A stretch of DNA of 44,831 bases, taken from Fimbriimonadaceae bacterium. Its GTDB lineage: Bacteria > Armatimonadota > Fimbriimonadia > Fimbriimonadales > Fimbriimonadaceae. This document shows positions 28,036-37,589 of this stretch, in pieces. The stretch covers positions 1 to 44,831 of the forward strand of contig JADLGZ010000018.1 of the NCBI GenBank assembly GCA_020849075.1, in the 5' to 3' direction. How positions within the stretch are numbered: position 1 is the stretch's first letter; each line of letters begins with the position of its first letter. The notes beneath the pieces are model-generated. The model saw only the letters and a list, made by a program, of their open reading frames with translations. It had not been told where the DNA came from and did not search any database. The translations under genes and the position numbers were made by a program.

Positions 28036-29442
28036 CTAGACGATTACGGTCTTCCACTGACCACGCTTCCAGTAGACCATGGCTAGGAGCCCTTGGGCGA
28101 CCTGTGAGAGGGACATTGCGATCCAGCCGCCGGTGGATCCGAGCCCAAAAGCCGGATGAGTGAGGGTAAAGGCCAAAGGAACCCGGATGGCCCACAATGT
28201 CGCGATCGTGATCCACATTGTGCGCTTCGCATCCCCTGCGCCTTGCATCGCCCCGATGAGCACCATTGCGTACCCAAACATCATCTCGGTCGCGATAAGA
28301 ATCCGAATATAGTTTGCCGCCTCCACCGCCACGCCCGGCTTATCTCCACCCGTGAGCAAGGTCGCAATGTGGGGAGCAAAGATGAACATTGGGATCGACA
28401 CCACTAAGATGACAATGGCGGCATAGTGCCCAGCCATCCAGCCAAGGCGCTCGGCTCGGTTAGGATCCTTAGCCCCTAGACTCTGGCCAACCAGAGCACC
28501 CGCAGCCACTGAAAGTCCAAAGGCGGGCATAAACATCATGCCTTCAAGCGCGATGCCAACCCGCAGGGCCGCGAGAGCATCGGCAGCGGTCGGGGTGTTC
28601 CGCAAGATCATGGTGAAGAACGTGAAACTTCCTACACGCAACAACGACTGCAACGCACTCGGTACGGCAATGGCCTGAATGCGCTTGACCCAGTCCATGC
28701 TGGGCACCTGGAACCGGGCCCGACCCAGCTTTGTTCGTCTGGTGTAGATGAAGTAAAGGATCGCGCTCGCCCATCCGCTCACCGCAATGGCAATTCCGGC
28801 GCCCGTCAGTCCAAGACCCAGCCCGGGAACTTCAAATGCAAGGAAGCCATGACGTCCGTTTGGATAGATTAGAAAGAAATTGAGGATCATATGTAGCAGA
28901 ATTTGAATTCCGCTAATCACCATTGGCGACTTGGTATCGCCAATCCCTCGCATAGAACCGCTCAGCGTCGTAAACACCGCTGTGGCGGGAACTCCAAAGG
29001 CGTAAGCAGTTAAGAAATTCCTGAATAGGGTTGCTGCCTCGGCATTCCCGGCGGGTACCAGAAACGGGGCAGCGAGCGGCGCGATCACTAGGCAAACCGC
29101 CGCTAAGATTAGTCCAACAACAAACGAAAGGCTCAAGCATTGACGGTTCGCCTCCCGATACTCTGCAGGATTATCCGCACCATATGCCCTGGCCACCATT
29201 GCGGTTGAAGCGACGCTGATCGCCATGGCGAGCGAGAACATCAGAAAGATCACGTTCAACGCTGCCCCATGAGCGGTCAAAGAATTGACCGAAAGATGTC
29301 CTACAAAAAAAGTATCCAGCAAGCTATTGATAACTTGCAGGCCGTTCAAGGCAACAGCGGGCCAAGCGAGGGCCCAGACCACCTTGCCATCTACTCTCAA
29401 CCGCCTACGCGCTTTGAGTAGGGCTCGTTTGGTGGTCACCAT
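28036..29442 (-). CDS. MATE-family efflux transporter
   Basis: 12-TM protein of 468 aa. The N-terminus (...LAWPAVALNGLQVINSLLDTFFVGHL) and a repeated half are typical of NorM/DinF-type MATE pumps. Confidence 0.8.
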   Translation of the reverse strand: MVTTKRALLKARRRLRVDGKVVWALAWPAVALNGLQVINSLLDTFFVGHLSVNSLTAHGAALNVIFLMFSLAMAISVASTAMVARAYGADNPAEYREANRQCLSLSFVVGLILAAVCLVIAPLAAPFLVPAGNAEAATLFRNFLTAYAFGVPATAVFTTLSGSMRGIGDTKSPMVISGIQILLHMILNFFLIYPNGRHGFLAFEVPGLGLGLTGAGIAIAVSGWASAILYFIYTRRTKLGRARFQVPSMDWVKRIQAIAVPSALQSLLRVGSFTFFTMILRNTPTAADALAALRVGIALEGMMFMPAFGLSVAAGALVGQSLGAKDPNRAERLGWMAGHYAAIVILVVSIPMFIFAPHIATLLTGGDKPGVAVEAANYIRILIATEMMFGYAMVLIGAMQGAGDAKRTMWITIATLWAIRVPLAFTLTHPAFGLGSTGGWIAMSLSQVAQGLLAMVYWKRGQWKTVIV

Positions 29443-29499
29443 GCTTACTTATTCTATACTCATTTGTCTGCAAAACCATTCCCACTGGGCCCAATCGCT

Positions 29500-30156
29500 A
29501 TGCAAGTCGAGCTTCTTCATCAACCCGCTTCCACCATTGCCAAGGTTACATTGAGACACGGCGAGTCAGTCCGAGCCGAGAGCGGGGCCATGATCGCGAT
29601 GACACCGACTATTGAGGTCAAGTCCAAGCTGGAGGGAGGAATCGGTAAGGCTCTCGGACGACTCCTAGCGAAGGAGAGTCTCTTTCAATCCACCTTTACC
29701 GCATCGCTCGGTCCGGGCGAGGTCTTACTGGCCCCAGCCGGACCAGGTGATGTTGTGGCAGTGGAGCCACATGACGGGTTGATGGTGACTAGCGGGTGCT
29801 ACCTTGCGAGCGACCCAGACATAAAGTTCGAAACGATTACCTCGGTGAAGAACTTCTTCAGTGGAGAGGGCATTTTCCTAATGCGCGCCAGAGGGGGCGG
29901 CAAGATTTTGCTCAGTAGCTATGGGGCGATCCATCCCGTGCAACTTCAGCCGGGGCAACAGTACCTGGTTGACACCGGGCATTTGGTGGCTTTCTCCGCC
30001 AGCCTTGGCTACCGCCTGAGGAAGGTGGCAAGAGGTCTGCTCAACACGATCAAAAGCGGCGAAGGAATCGTGGTCGAACTGACAGGTCCCGGCATCGCGT
30101 ACCTTCAGACGCGCACCCCTCACCTCCTTGGTGTTGCCACGGGTGGCAACGACTAG
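29500..30156 (+). CDS. AIM24/TIGR00266-family (TRAP-like fold) protein
   Basis: Motifs MQVELLHQPASTIAKVTL..GESVRAESGAMIAM, FSGEGIFL and GEGIVVELTGPGIAYLQT. Start set at ATG 29500 rather than the listed TTG 29464. Confidence 0.7.
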   Translation: MQVELLHQPASTIAKVTLRHGESVRAESGAMIAMTPTIEVKSKLEGGIGKALGRLLAKESLFQSTFTASLGPGEVLLAPAGPGDVVAVEPHDGLMVTSGCYLASDPDIKFETITSVKNFFSGEGIFLMRARGGGKILLSSYGAIHPVQLQPGQQYLVDTGHLVAFSASLGYRLRKVARGLLNTIKSGEGIVVELTGPGIAYLQTRTPHLLGVATGGND

Positions 30157-30530
30157 TGTTCTGGCGCAAGTCCTACCTTACCCTCATCAAAGGCCCCTGC
30201 TTAGTGCCGCAATTGACGTTTAAAGGCCGGGCCGCGCTATTGGCGGCACCAACGGCTGACGGCTTCCGTGAACTCGAGGTCTGGCGCCGCCTTTGTGAAG
30301 CTGAGTTGCCTATTCCCTACTGGCTCGGGTCAATTGAGTTTGACGCATTGCAGTTGATTTCACCACCATCGCGGCGCAGTCGGCTCATGCGACTTGGTGA
30401 GGAGTGGGCTGACATTGCTGCAGATGCTCCTTGCCTCGCGCTCATCGGGCAAGGAAACGAGGCAGAGGTTCTCATGCTGGGGTCGCCAACGGAAGATGCT
30501 TGGGCCGAATTCCTTCGGATCAGCGCCTAG
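30156..30530 (+). CDS. Hypothetical protein (124 aa)
   Basis: The GTG start overlaps the AIM24 stop (TAGTG). No recognisable motif. Its 3' end overlaps the convergent FNR gene by 4 nt. Confidence 0.35.
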   Translation: MFWRKSYLTLIKGPCLVPQLTFKGRAALLAAPTADGFRELEVWRRLCEAELPIPYWLGSIEFDALQLISPPSRRSRLMRLGEEWADIAADAPCLALIGQGNEAEVLMLGSPTEDAWAEFLRISA

Positions 30531-31507
30531 GCTGGAAGATCCATGTCGCTACTGTGGCCCGGAAACAATCTCGCCTCCGGTTCAATGAGAGTCTTTGCGA
30601 CGCACACCGCCGTAGCAGCCTCACCAACCCCTGTAGCAATGAGCTTGAGTTTTCCGTCAAAGGTACACACATCGCCAACAGCAAACACTCCAGGGCGATT
30701 AGTTTGATAAAGATGATCAACCACAATCTGGTTCTTCTCAATCGTCAAGCCCCACTCCTTTAACGGCCCCAACGAAGACTTAAAGCCGATGTTTACGATG
30801 ACTGTATCGCACTCTATGGTCGAACGCTCCTTCGTCTGGGTGTCCTCCAACTCAATAGCGGAGATCTGCTCATCGCCCTGAATGGCGGCCACGGTCTTGA
30901 AGAGATGAAACCCGACGGGCAGAGCTTTGACCTTCGCCACCGTATCCTCATGAGCTCGGAACCCATCTCGGCGATGGACGATACAAACATTGCTGGCAAC
31001 CTCAGAGAGCGCAAGGGCCCAATCGAAAGCACTGTCTCCACCGCCAATGACAGCGACCCGGCGTCCTGCGAAATCCGCAAGGTGGCGCACGCCATAATGG
31101 AGACCCCTTCCAATCCAGCTCTCTTCATCGGCAAGGCCAATCTTCGTAGGCGAAAAGGCACCAGCACCAGCCGAGATAATCACGGTCTTCGTAGGCATAT
31201 GTAACCCGCTTCTAGTGCTGATAACCATGTCTTCACTCAGCGACTCGGCTGTGTCGCCAAGCACAACTTGGGGAGAGAACTGAGTTCCCTGTTGGGCCAT
31301 TTCTCGCGCAAGATCCTTGGCCAAAATCTTGGGAAAACCCGGCATATCGTAGACATACTTTTCGGGATACAGCGCGGTCAGTTGACCTCCAAGTTCGGGC
31401 AACGAATCAATAATCCTCACCGACATGTTGCGAAGGCCAGCATAGAAGGCAGCGAACAGACCGACGGGCCCGCCGCCAATAATGGTCACATCTACTTGGT
31501 CAGTCAT
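30527..31507 (-). CDS. Ferredoxin-NADP+ reductase, thioredoxin-reductase-like type (YumC-like)
   Basis: VTIIGGGPVGLFAAFYAGLRNMSVRIIDSLPELGGQLTALYPEKYVYDMPGFP is the characteristic N-terminus of TrxR-type FNRs. There is no CxxC redox pair. Second Rossmann motif VIGGGDSAFDWA. Confidence 0.75.
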   Translation of the reverse strand: MTDQVDVTIIGGGPVGLFAAFYAGLRNMSVRIIDSLPELGGQLTALYPEKYVYDMPGFPKILAKDLAREMAQQGTQFSPQVVLGDTAESLSEDMVISTRSGLHMPTKTVIISAGAGAFSPTKIGLADEESWIGRGLHYGVRHLADFAGRRVAVIGGGDSAFDWALALSEVASNVCIVHRRDGFRAHEDTVAKVKALPVGFHLFKTVAAIQGDEQISAIELEDTQTKERSTIECDTVIVNIGFKSSLGPLKEWGLTIEKNQIVVDHLYQTNRPGVFAVGDVCTFDGKLKLIATGVGEAATAVCVAKTLIEPEARLFPGHSSDMDLPA

Positions 31508-31511
31508 TCAG

Positions 31512-31910
31512 TCAAAAGGTACCAGACCTCTTCCAACCACTCCGAGGATGAACCGTGGCGCAGACCGGAAACCCCAACTTGTCGCGCCCCTCAAGCTCGG
31601 CCACATATCTTGCCCCGCCCTCCAATTCCTTCGGCAAATAGACCTTGGCGCGCCGACCTATTTGGGTCATGGGCTGCCCTGCTCGTGTGCCCCAGAGGAC
31701 ATATATGAAAGCCCCTTTGGCATCCTTTTGCACAAACTTGCCCGTTGGTTTACCGTCCTTCAACGTAACCGATACCGACCACTCGGCTTCCCCGCCCGTC
31801 AGTTTCTTCAGGTCAATGGGCTCACCGGCTGATCCCTGCCCGCGCTGAATTGCACCCCAGACGCCGGGCATGACATCCAAAAATCGAATCCCAAACTCAA
31901 CTTCCATCAT
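31512..31910 (-). CDS. Small conserved hypothetical protein (132 aa)
   Basis: Start set at MMEVEF (ATG 31910), overlapping the upstream TPR gene by 14 nt. The motif KGAFIYVLWG...RRAKVYL recalls small uncharacterised proteins; I cannot name the family safely. Confidence 0.45.
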   Translation of the reverse strand: MMEVEFGIRFLDVMPGVWGAIQRGQGSAGEPIDLKKLTGGEAEWSVSVTLKDGKPTGKFVQKDAKGAFIYVLWGTRAGQPMTQIGRRAKVYLPKELEGGARYVAELEGRDKLGFPVCATVHPRSGWKRSGTF

Positions 31911-32511
31911 TGGCCAGGGCCCTCTTTGCTTCTGCAATCGCTTCCTTGGCGATCTCAATTGGTCGGGCTATCCCCTGCCGCTCTCGCTCTTCCAAACCGA
32001 GTTCAAAGAACTCTAGGGCCTTCTCATACTCCCCAAGATCGAAGTACGTCCAGCCCAGGTTGTTGTACAAGGGGCCCAGCCAGCGGCGGCACTTCTCGTC
32101 TTGGGCATTCATTGCGATCGCGATTCCTTCTTCGGCCCAGCCGAGTGCCCCCGGAACATCGGCAATGGCGAGCATATGTATGGCGTCAAGCTGGAGATTC
32201 TGCATCTGAAATTCTGTGGCCAACTCCCTGGCAGAAAGAAAGTGAGGTACTGCCTGCTGAGGATGGCCCGAGCTATTGAATATTCGGCCCAGTTCCAATT
32301 CATATCGGACCCGCGCTTCGGGAAATGACCTCTCGACGCTGCACAAGGCATCTCGACCCTCATCAAACATGCCTCGCAGGCTATAGGTTCGGGCAATCTG
32401 CGTCCAGAGGACCGCACGAGTCTGATCATCTGATCCGACGAGATGGCTCCGGAAGACAAGTTCTGTATCTCCAGGCTCGCTAAAGTCCCACAAGCTTTCA
32501 ATGTCAATCAT
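31897..32511 (-). CDS. Tetratricopeptide-repeat protein
   Basis: Helical repeat pattern with ...LYNNLGWTYFDLGEYEKALEFFELGL... (canonical TPR). Confidence 0.6.
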   Translation of the reverse strand: MIDIESLWDFSEPGDTELVFRSHLVGSDDQTRAVLWTQIARTYSLRGMFDEGRDALCSVERSFPEARVRYELELGRIFNSSGHPQQAVPHFLSARELATEFQMQNLQLDAIHMLAIADVPGALGWAEEGIAIAMNAQDEKCRRWLGPLYNNLGWTYFDLGEYEKALEFFELGLEERERQGIARPIEIAKEAIAEAKRALANDGS

Positions 32512-32571
32512 CTGTACTGACCATACCTAGCAACATGAGTCCAGTTCAAATATGGAAAATACCCTTGTTCA

Positions 32572-33993
32572 ATGAAGGTCCTTTTTGTTTCCGCTGAGGT
32601 CGCTCCATGGGCGAAAGTTGGCGGATTAGCCGATGTTGCCGGATCCCTACCTCAGGCTCTTCGTGGGTTAGGACATGAGGTCCGAGTGCTCATGCCTGCT
32701 TATGGCATGGTGACCAAGGGCAAGGTGCCCGTCAAAACCTTGTCCGTTCGAGTAAACCTCGAAGAGGAGTACAAGGCGAACCTTTTCGAAGTTGACGGGA
32801 TCTGGATGATCAATTGCCCTGAGTTCTTCAGGAATGCTTCTCGATCTGAAGAGATCTATGCCTATGGCCGCGACGCCTATTTGTTCCTGAGCCAAGCCGC
32901 AATTGCCTTATGTGAGGCTTCGGACTGGATCCCGGATATTGTCCATGCAAATGATTGGCATACCGGCTTTGTTCCCGTCATGATTCGCGAAAAAGGTGGG
33001 AAGAAATGGGATCACACGGCCACAATCTTCACCATTCACAACTTGCTTTATCAAGGCACCTTCGGCAAGGATACGATCGAAGCGGCGGGCCTGGATCCAG
33101 ACCTGTTCACCATGGACAAACTGGAAACATGGGGCGGGGTTAATTTCATCAAATCAGCCTGCGTGTATGCTGATATGGTCAGCACGGTGAGCCCGACCTA
33201 CGCGAAGGAAATACAGACCGAAGAATATGGCGCCAGCCTTTGGGGCCTTATGCGCGATCTCCATCAACTTGGCAAGCTCCGCGGCATCCTCAATGGAATT
33301 GACACGGAGGTCTTCAACCCACAAGATGATCCGGCCATCGCCGCCCCTTTTTCGTCGGCTGACTTAGGTGGCAAGGCTAAGTGCAAGATTGCTCTACAAG
33401 GCGAACTTGGGCTTCCCGTCAGCCAAGAGCCACTTTTGGGGGTTGTCAGCCGATTGAGTGATCAGAAGGGGTTTGACCTCATCATCAAACAGGCGTACGG
33501 CATGCTGGGTTTGGGCTGTCAATTCGTCGTGCTCGGTACGGGAGACCCCTGGGCAGCTGATCAATTGAGGCAGTTGGAGAGGGATTGGCAAGACCAGGTT
33601 CGCTTCATTGAGCGATACGACGCTCCACTCGCCCAGCGGATCTATGCGGGCTCGGACATGTTCCTCATGCCCAGCGCATTCGAACCCTGCGGCCTTGGGC
33701 AAATGATCGCATGCCGATACGGCACGGTTCCAATCGTTCGCAAAACAGGGGGACTATCCGACTCCATCCATGATGGAAACAACGGCCTCGTGTTTGAAAA
33801 CAAATCTGCCCGCGAATTGCTCGAGACTATCCGGCGCGGCGTGAGTCTCTACGGAGACAAAGTGAGCTGGCTGGAATTGGTACGCCGATGCATGACCACG
33901 GACTTCAGCTGGACCAAAAGCGCACAAGACGTCATCGCAATGTACGATGACGCCCTGCAAGCTCGGGTCGGGGCAATGGCCGTTAGCCGGTAG
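32572..33993 (+). CDS. glgA: Glycogen (starch) synthase
   Basis: MKVLFVSAEVAPWAKVGGLADVAGSLPQAL (KxGGL motif), HANDWHTGF, and a GT5-type C-terminal half (PSAFEPCGL). Confidence 0.9.
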   Translation: MKVLFVSAEVAPWAKVGGLADVAGSLPQALRGLGHEVRVLMPAYGMVTKGKVPVKTLSVRVNLEEEYKANLFEVDGIWMINCPEFFRNASRSEEIYAYGRDAYLFLSQAAIALCEASDWIPDIVHANDWHTGFVPVMIREKGGKKWDHTATIFTIHNLLYQGTFGKDTIEAAGLDPDLFTMDKLETWGGVNFIKSACVYADMVSTVSPTYAKEIQTEEYGASLWGLMRDLHQLGKLRGILNGIDTEVFNPQDDPAIAAPFSSADLGGKAKCKIALQGELGLPVSQEPLLGVVSRLSDQKGFDLIIKQAYGMLGLGCQFVVLGTGDPWAADQLRQLERDWQDQVRFIERYDAPLAQRIYAGSDMFLMPSAFEPCGLGQMIACRYGTVPIVRKTGGLSDSIHDGNNGLVFENKSARELLETIRRGVSLYGDKVSWLELVRRCMTTDFSWTKSAQDVIAMYDDALQARVGAMAVSR

Positions 33994-33995
33994 CT

Positions 33996-35234
33996 CTATT
34001 CACCCAAGCTTTCCAACTGAGTAGCTTCAGCCTTAGGGATGTCGCTACTCCCGGCCAAGGTCGCTTCGGATTTCTTGTGCTCTGGCGGAGTCTCGAGGAT
34101 GCCCTTGAGTGTCATTAACCCAATCAACAGAATTGCCGCAAAGCCCGACATGATAATCCACTGTCTCTTGGCGGGATGGCGTGATTTGGACCGATCTAAC
34201 CAAGGTAAAGCAAACATGCCAATTGTGATCCCCGTGGGGATAATCACCGTTGCCACGACCTCCCAACCGCTTGGCATGACCTTCAGTAGCTCATATAGCC
34301 CGAGGAAGTACCATTCAGGGCGCGGGCTAAAATCAGTTCCCGTAGGGTCAGCAATCGCTTCTAGCCCTGGGGGCAATGCGACCGCAAGATAGATCAATAG
34401 CCCGACCCCAAAGAGCAGTACAATGGCGTCCTTGAAGAGTTGGTTGGGATAGAAAGGTACCGGGGCCCCTTTTGCGGGAGTTACCGGGCCGGCAATGTGA
34501 TGACGCCTCACCAGGTAGAGGTGGAGGAAAGTAAAGAGAATCAGGCTTGCCGGTAAAAGCATCACGTGGAAGGAATAGAAGCGGGTCAGGGTTAGGGCCC
34601 CCACCTCCTCTCCACCTCGAATGAAGACCAGCAGTGCATGTCCAACGACCGGTATGGTCGCGGCTATGCGGGTTCCAACAACGGTCGCCCAATATGCTTT
34701 TTGATCCCAAGGCAACAGATAACCCGTAAATGAGAAGCCAAGGATCACCTGAAAGATGATCACCCCAACAACCCAAGTCAACTCCCTAGGCTTCTTATAG
34801 GAGCCCCAGAAGAACACCCGGAGCATATGGAGGACCACGGCGATCACAATGACCGTTGAACCCCATGAATGTAGCCCTCGGATGAAGGAGCCTAAGCCAA
34901 CCTCATAGGTAAGGTGCTTTACGCTCGCATGAGCGGAATCTGGACTCGGCGAATAATACATCGCCAAGGCAAAGCCGGTGATGAACTGAAAGACCAAAAG
35001 GGTCATCAGCAGGTTGCCGAGTGTCTGCCACCACCCCACTCCCGCGGGCATTGGCTCGTCTAGGTTCTTCCGAACAAAACCGTACCAGCCGAGTCGCAAA
35101 TCCATCCAGTCGCGAAGCGATGGGCGCTCAATTTGGAGGCGTTCTTCAGACGAAACGGCCTCACGAGGCTCATCTACCTTGACCTCGGGACTGAGGGTTG
35201 GGGCATCCTTGGGTTTGTACGTTTTTTGGCTCAT
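33996..35234 (-). CDS. Cytochrome b (fused b6 + subunit IV-like) of a Rieske/cyt b complex
   Basis: WWQTLGNLLMTLLVFQFITGFALAMYYSP...SFIRGLHSWGSTVIVIAVVLHMLRVFFWGSYKKPRELTWVVGV carries the heme-ligating His pairs. A PEWYF motif lies in the C-terminal half. Confidence 0.85.
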   Translation of the reverse strand: MSQKTYKPKDAPTLSPEVKVDEPREAVSSEERLQIERPSLRDWMDLRLGWYGFVRKNLDEPMPAGVGWWQTLGNLLMTLLVFQFITGFALAMYYSPSPDSAHASVKHLTYEVGLGSFIRGLHSWGSTVIVIAVVLHMLRVFFWGSYKKPRELTWVVGVIIFQVILGFSFTGYLLPWDQKAYWATVVGTRIAATIPVVGHALLVFIRGGEEVGALTLTRFYSFHVMLLPASLILFTFLHLYLVRRHHIAGPVTPAKGAPVPFYPNQLFKDAIVLLFGVGLLIYLAVALPPGLEAIADPTGTDFSPRPEWYFLGLYELLKVMPSGWEVVATVIIPTGITIGMFALPWLDRSKSRHPAKRQWIIMSGFAAILLIGLMTLKGILETPPEHKKSEATLAGSSDIPKAEATQLESLGE

Positions 35235-35237
35235 TGT

Positions 35238-35732
35238 CTAGACCTCTCGAGAAATCCAAATCTTTCCTGCTTCGATCTTTACAGGGTGGCGCTCCAACGG
35301 CTTGGGCGGAGGCCCTGATTTGTTGGTGCCCTCATCGTCGAAAACGCCACCGTGGCAAGGGCATATAAACTTGTGCTGATCAGCGTGATAGTCCACGCGG
35401 CAGCCAAGGTGAGTGCAGGCTGGGTCAATACAGATCACATCCTCCTCACTCCGTCGCAAAAAGACCGTGAACTTCTGTTCTACTTCGTGATAGCCATCAA
35501 CGACGAGTAAGGAATAGTTCACTTCCTTCACTTCGCCGGGCTTGATGCGCGACTCGTCCATCAACTCAACCCAGCGAGACTTCCGCTTGTTACCAAGGGG
35601 GGCAGCCGCAAACCCGACCATGGGGCCAACGATGGCACCGATAAGGCCTAAGTTGATTACTCCAACAACGAGCCCCATCATCTTTCGGCGGGAGATTTCG
35701 ATATTGTCTTGGTTCAGATTATCTTTCGGCAT
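35238..35732 (-). CDS. Rieske [2Fe-2S] subunit
   Basis: CTHLGCRV...CPCHGGVFD motif, plus an N-terminal SRRKMMGLVVGV Tat-type signal anchor. Confidence 0.85.
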   Translation of the reverse strand: MPKDNLNQDNIEISRRKMMGLVVGVINLGLIGAIVGPMVGFAAAPLGNKRKSRWVELMDESRIKPGEVKEVNYSLLVVDGYHEVEQKFTVFLRRSEEDVICIDPACTHLGCRVDYHADQHKFICPCHGGVFDDEGTNKSGPPPKPLERHPVKIEAGKIWISREV

Positions 35733-35744
35733 GTTTCGTATTCC

Positions 35745-36872
35745 TTATGGGTAGTAGCGCATGGTTATCGGGCCATCTTCGCCAAGCTGTTTCATGACAT
35801 CGCTTGCGATCTTCATGGATTTGTGGTGCCGCCCTGGGGATGGCTCGCGCTCAAAGCCCAGCTCCACCCCGCTGGCAACGATGGCTTCGGTGAGTCGAGT
35901 CATTGCGGCAAGGGCTGGCACAACGTACATGTGCTGGAACCGAGTGAACGGCCCGGTGGCGATGAGGAGCGCGACCGCTGCCAGATGCCAGATGTAAATC
36001 GTCATCACAAAGTCGTGAATTCCCATTCGCTTAAGCGCGACCACGAGGAACCCGCTAATGATCACATGCACAAGAAGATTGACAAAGAGGAAATCCTTGC
36101 CGAGCGTTAGCCCGTTATCAATGAACTCATCCTTCTTGTAGCGGTACATCACATAGAAGATCCCTATCAAAACGGCAATCCCTGAAACGACCGGCAAGAG
36201 TTTTAGGGGATGCGTCAATGGCACCTGACCTCGCTGTGGATTCAAGATTGCGATCAGAATGTCAGCTAGCAGGAGGCCACAGAAACCATAGAGGAGTAGC
36301 CCGTGCATGAACCACCGCTTCTTATTGTTCTGCCAAAGAGATCCGACAAAGAAACCGTCTACGATGAGCGACTTCAGGACGACGCCAAAGGATCGCGCCC
36401 ATCCAAACTTCGCTATCGCAGGCTTTAGCTCCTTCAAGCCAGCACACTTCAGCCAGTAGCTGAGTCCTCGAATGGCAAAGACCGTGGCAAAGAGGAAGAC
36501 CACGATAAAGAAGTGGCTCACACTACGTGGCGTCAGAAATTGTCCGACCTTAAATGCAATCGGGATTTCGTCGGGAATCCACGGCTTTGCCTTAACTTCT
36601 TCGTAAACTTGGTCAAGATCTGTATCACTGAGGTCCGCTTCGCTGATGGCGGGCATCATCCCCTTACCATTTCTCACCACTTGCCGGAACGTAGATAGCC
36701 CGACCTTGGTCTGTGCCAATGGTGGCCCCAGGCCGCCCATTGCATTCTGGCCGTGACAGCCCATGCAAGACGTAACTGGATAGACTTCCTTCTTCTTGAG
36801 GTCAGTCTGGGCATAGCTACATGCTACGGCCAGCAAGAGCATGAAGATCGCGACTACTTTTGATAGTTTCAC
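35745..36872 (-). CDS. Fusion protein: periplasmic mono-heme class I cytochrome c domain + NarI-like (nitrate reductase gamma family) di-heme b membrane domain
   Basis: Signal peptide MKLSKVVAIFMLLLAVACSYA, CMGCH heme c site and GMMPA (candidate Met ligand). About 5 TM helices follow, with conserved His residues (FMHG, LVHVI, IWHLA) and GPFTRFQHMYVVP, which resembles the E. coli NarI C-terminal PFTRL(V/I)HIWSAPV. Confidence 0.7.
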   Translation of the reverse strand: MKLSKVVAIFMLLLAVACSYAQTDLKKKEVYPVTSCMGCHGQNAMGGLGPPLAQTKVGLSTFRQVVRNGKGMMPAISEADLSDTDLDQVYEEVKAKPWIPDEIPIAFKVGQFLTPRSVSHFFIVVFLFATVFAIRGLSYWLKCAGLKELKPAIAKFGWARSFGVVLKSLIVDGFFVGSLWQNNKKRWFMHGLLLYGFCGLLLADILIAILNPQRGQVPLTHPLKLLPVVSGIAVLIGIFYVMYRYKKDEFIDNGLTLGKDFLFVNLLVHVIISGFLVVALKRMGIHDFVMTIYIWHLAAVALLIATGPFTRFQHMYVVPALAAMTRLTEAIVASGVELGFEREPSPGRHHKSMKIASDVMKQLGEDGPITMRYYP

Positions 36873-37588
36873 TTTTGACCTCGCTGTGTTCTTTGGGCTT
36901 CTTCTTGCTTGGCATCTCCGATGCCATCCGACTGACCGAGGGTGCTCGGTCGTTGCTCGGCCATGGTTCCGAGATAGCAGCCGGCGGGTTTTGTCTCCGC
37001 CTCGGGAAGGAGGTGGAAGGGCGACCTGCCGGTCTGTTCCTTCTGCTCTTCAATGTAGGTCGAGACATCGCTTTCGGGGTCTTCTAAGTCACCGAAGATG
37101 CGAGCCGTTGTCGGGCATGCAACCACGCAAGCAGGCTGCAGCCCTTGGTCAACCCGGTGCGCGCAATAAGTACACTTGCGCGCTACATTCTCCTTCATGC
37201 GAAGCTTCACAAAGTCCTGTTCATAAGCCTCGTTCTCGTCGAGGTACCACCCTTCTTCCTCGCGGTGAAGGATGATGTTGCCGTAGGGACAAGCCGAGAC
37301 GCAGGCTCCGGTACCTCGACAACGATCCTGATCCACAAGAACGATTCCATCGGGCCGTCGGACAATGGCCTTATTCGGGCAGGATTTGAGGCACGGTGCA
37401 TCGTCGCAGTGGTTGCACAGGACCGGAATGTAGACCCGCTTCACGTCAGGATACGTTCCAGCCTCAACATTTAGGACACGAGCAAAGAAGGTGTCGTAGG
37501 GCGTTCCGTTCTCCTGCTTGCAAGCCAAGGTGCAGGCATCGCAACCAATGCACCGCGTCAGGTCAATGAGCATCGCGAGGCGTGCCAA
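36869..37588 (-). CDS. Iron-sulfur (beta) subunit of a type II DMSO-reductase-family enzyme (short NarH-like)
   Basis: Motifs CIGCDACTLACK, CNHCDDAPCLKSCP and CTYCAHRV...CVVACP. DGIVLVDQDRCRGTGACVSACPY lacks the second Cys (Thr in its place), as NarH has Trp in [23 protein letters not shown]; this predicts a [3Fe-4S] cluster. Confidence 0.8.
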   Translation of the reverse strand: MARLAMLIDLTRCIGCDACTLACKQENGTPYDTFFARVLNVEAGTYPDVKRVYIPVLCNHCDDAPCLKSCPNKAIVRRPDGIVLVDQDRCRGTGACVSACPYGNIILHREEEGWYLDENEAYEQDFVKLRMKENVARKCTYCAHRVDQGLQPACVVACPTTARIFGDLEDPESDVSTYIEEQKEQTGRSPFHLLPEAETKPAGCYLGTMAEQRPSTLGQSDGIGDAKQEEAQRTQRGQK

Positions 37589-37589
37589 C

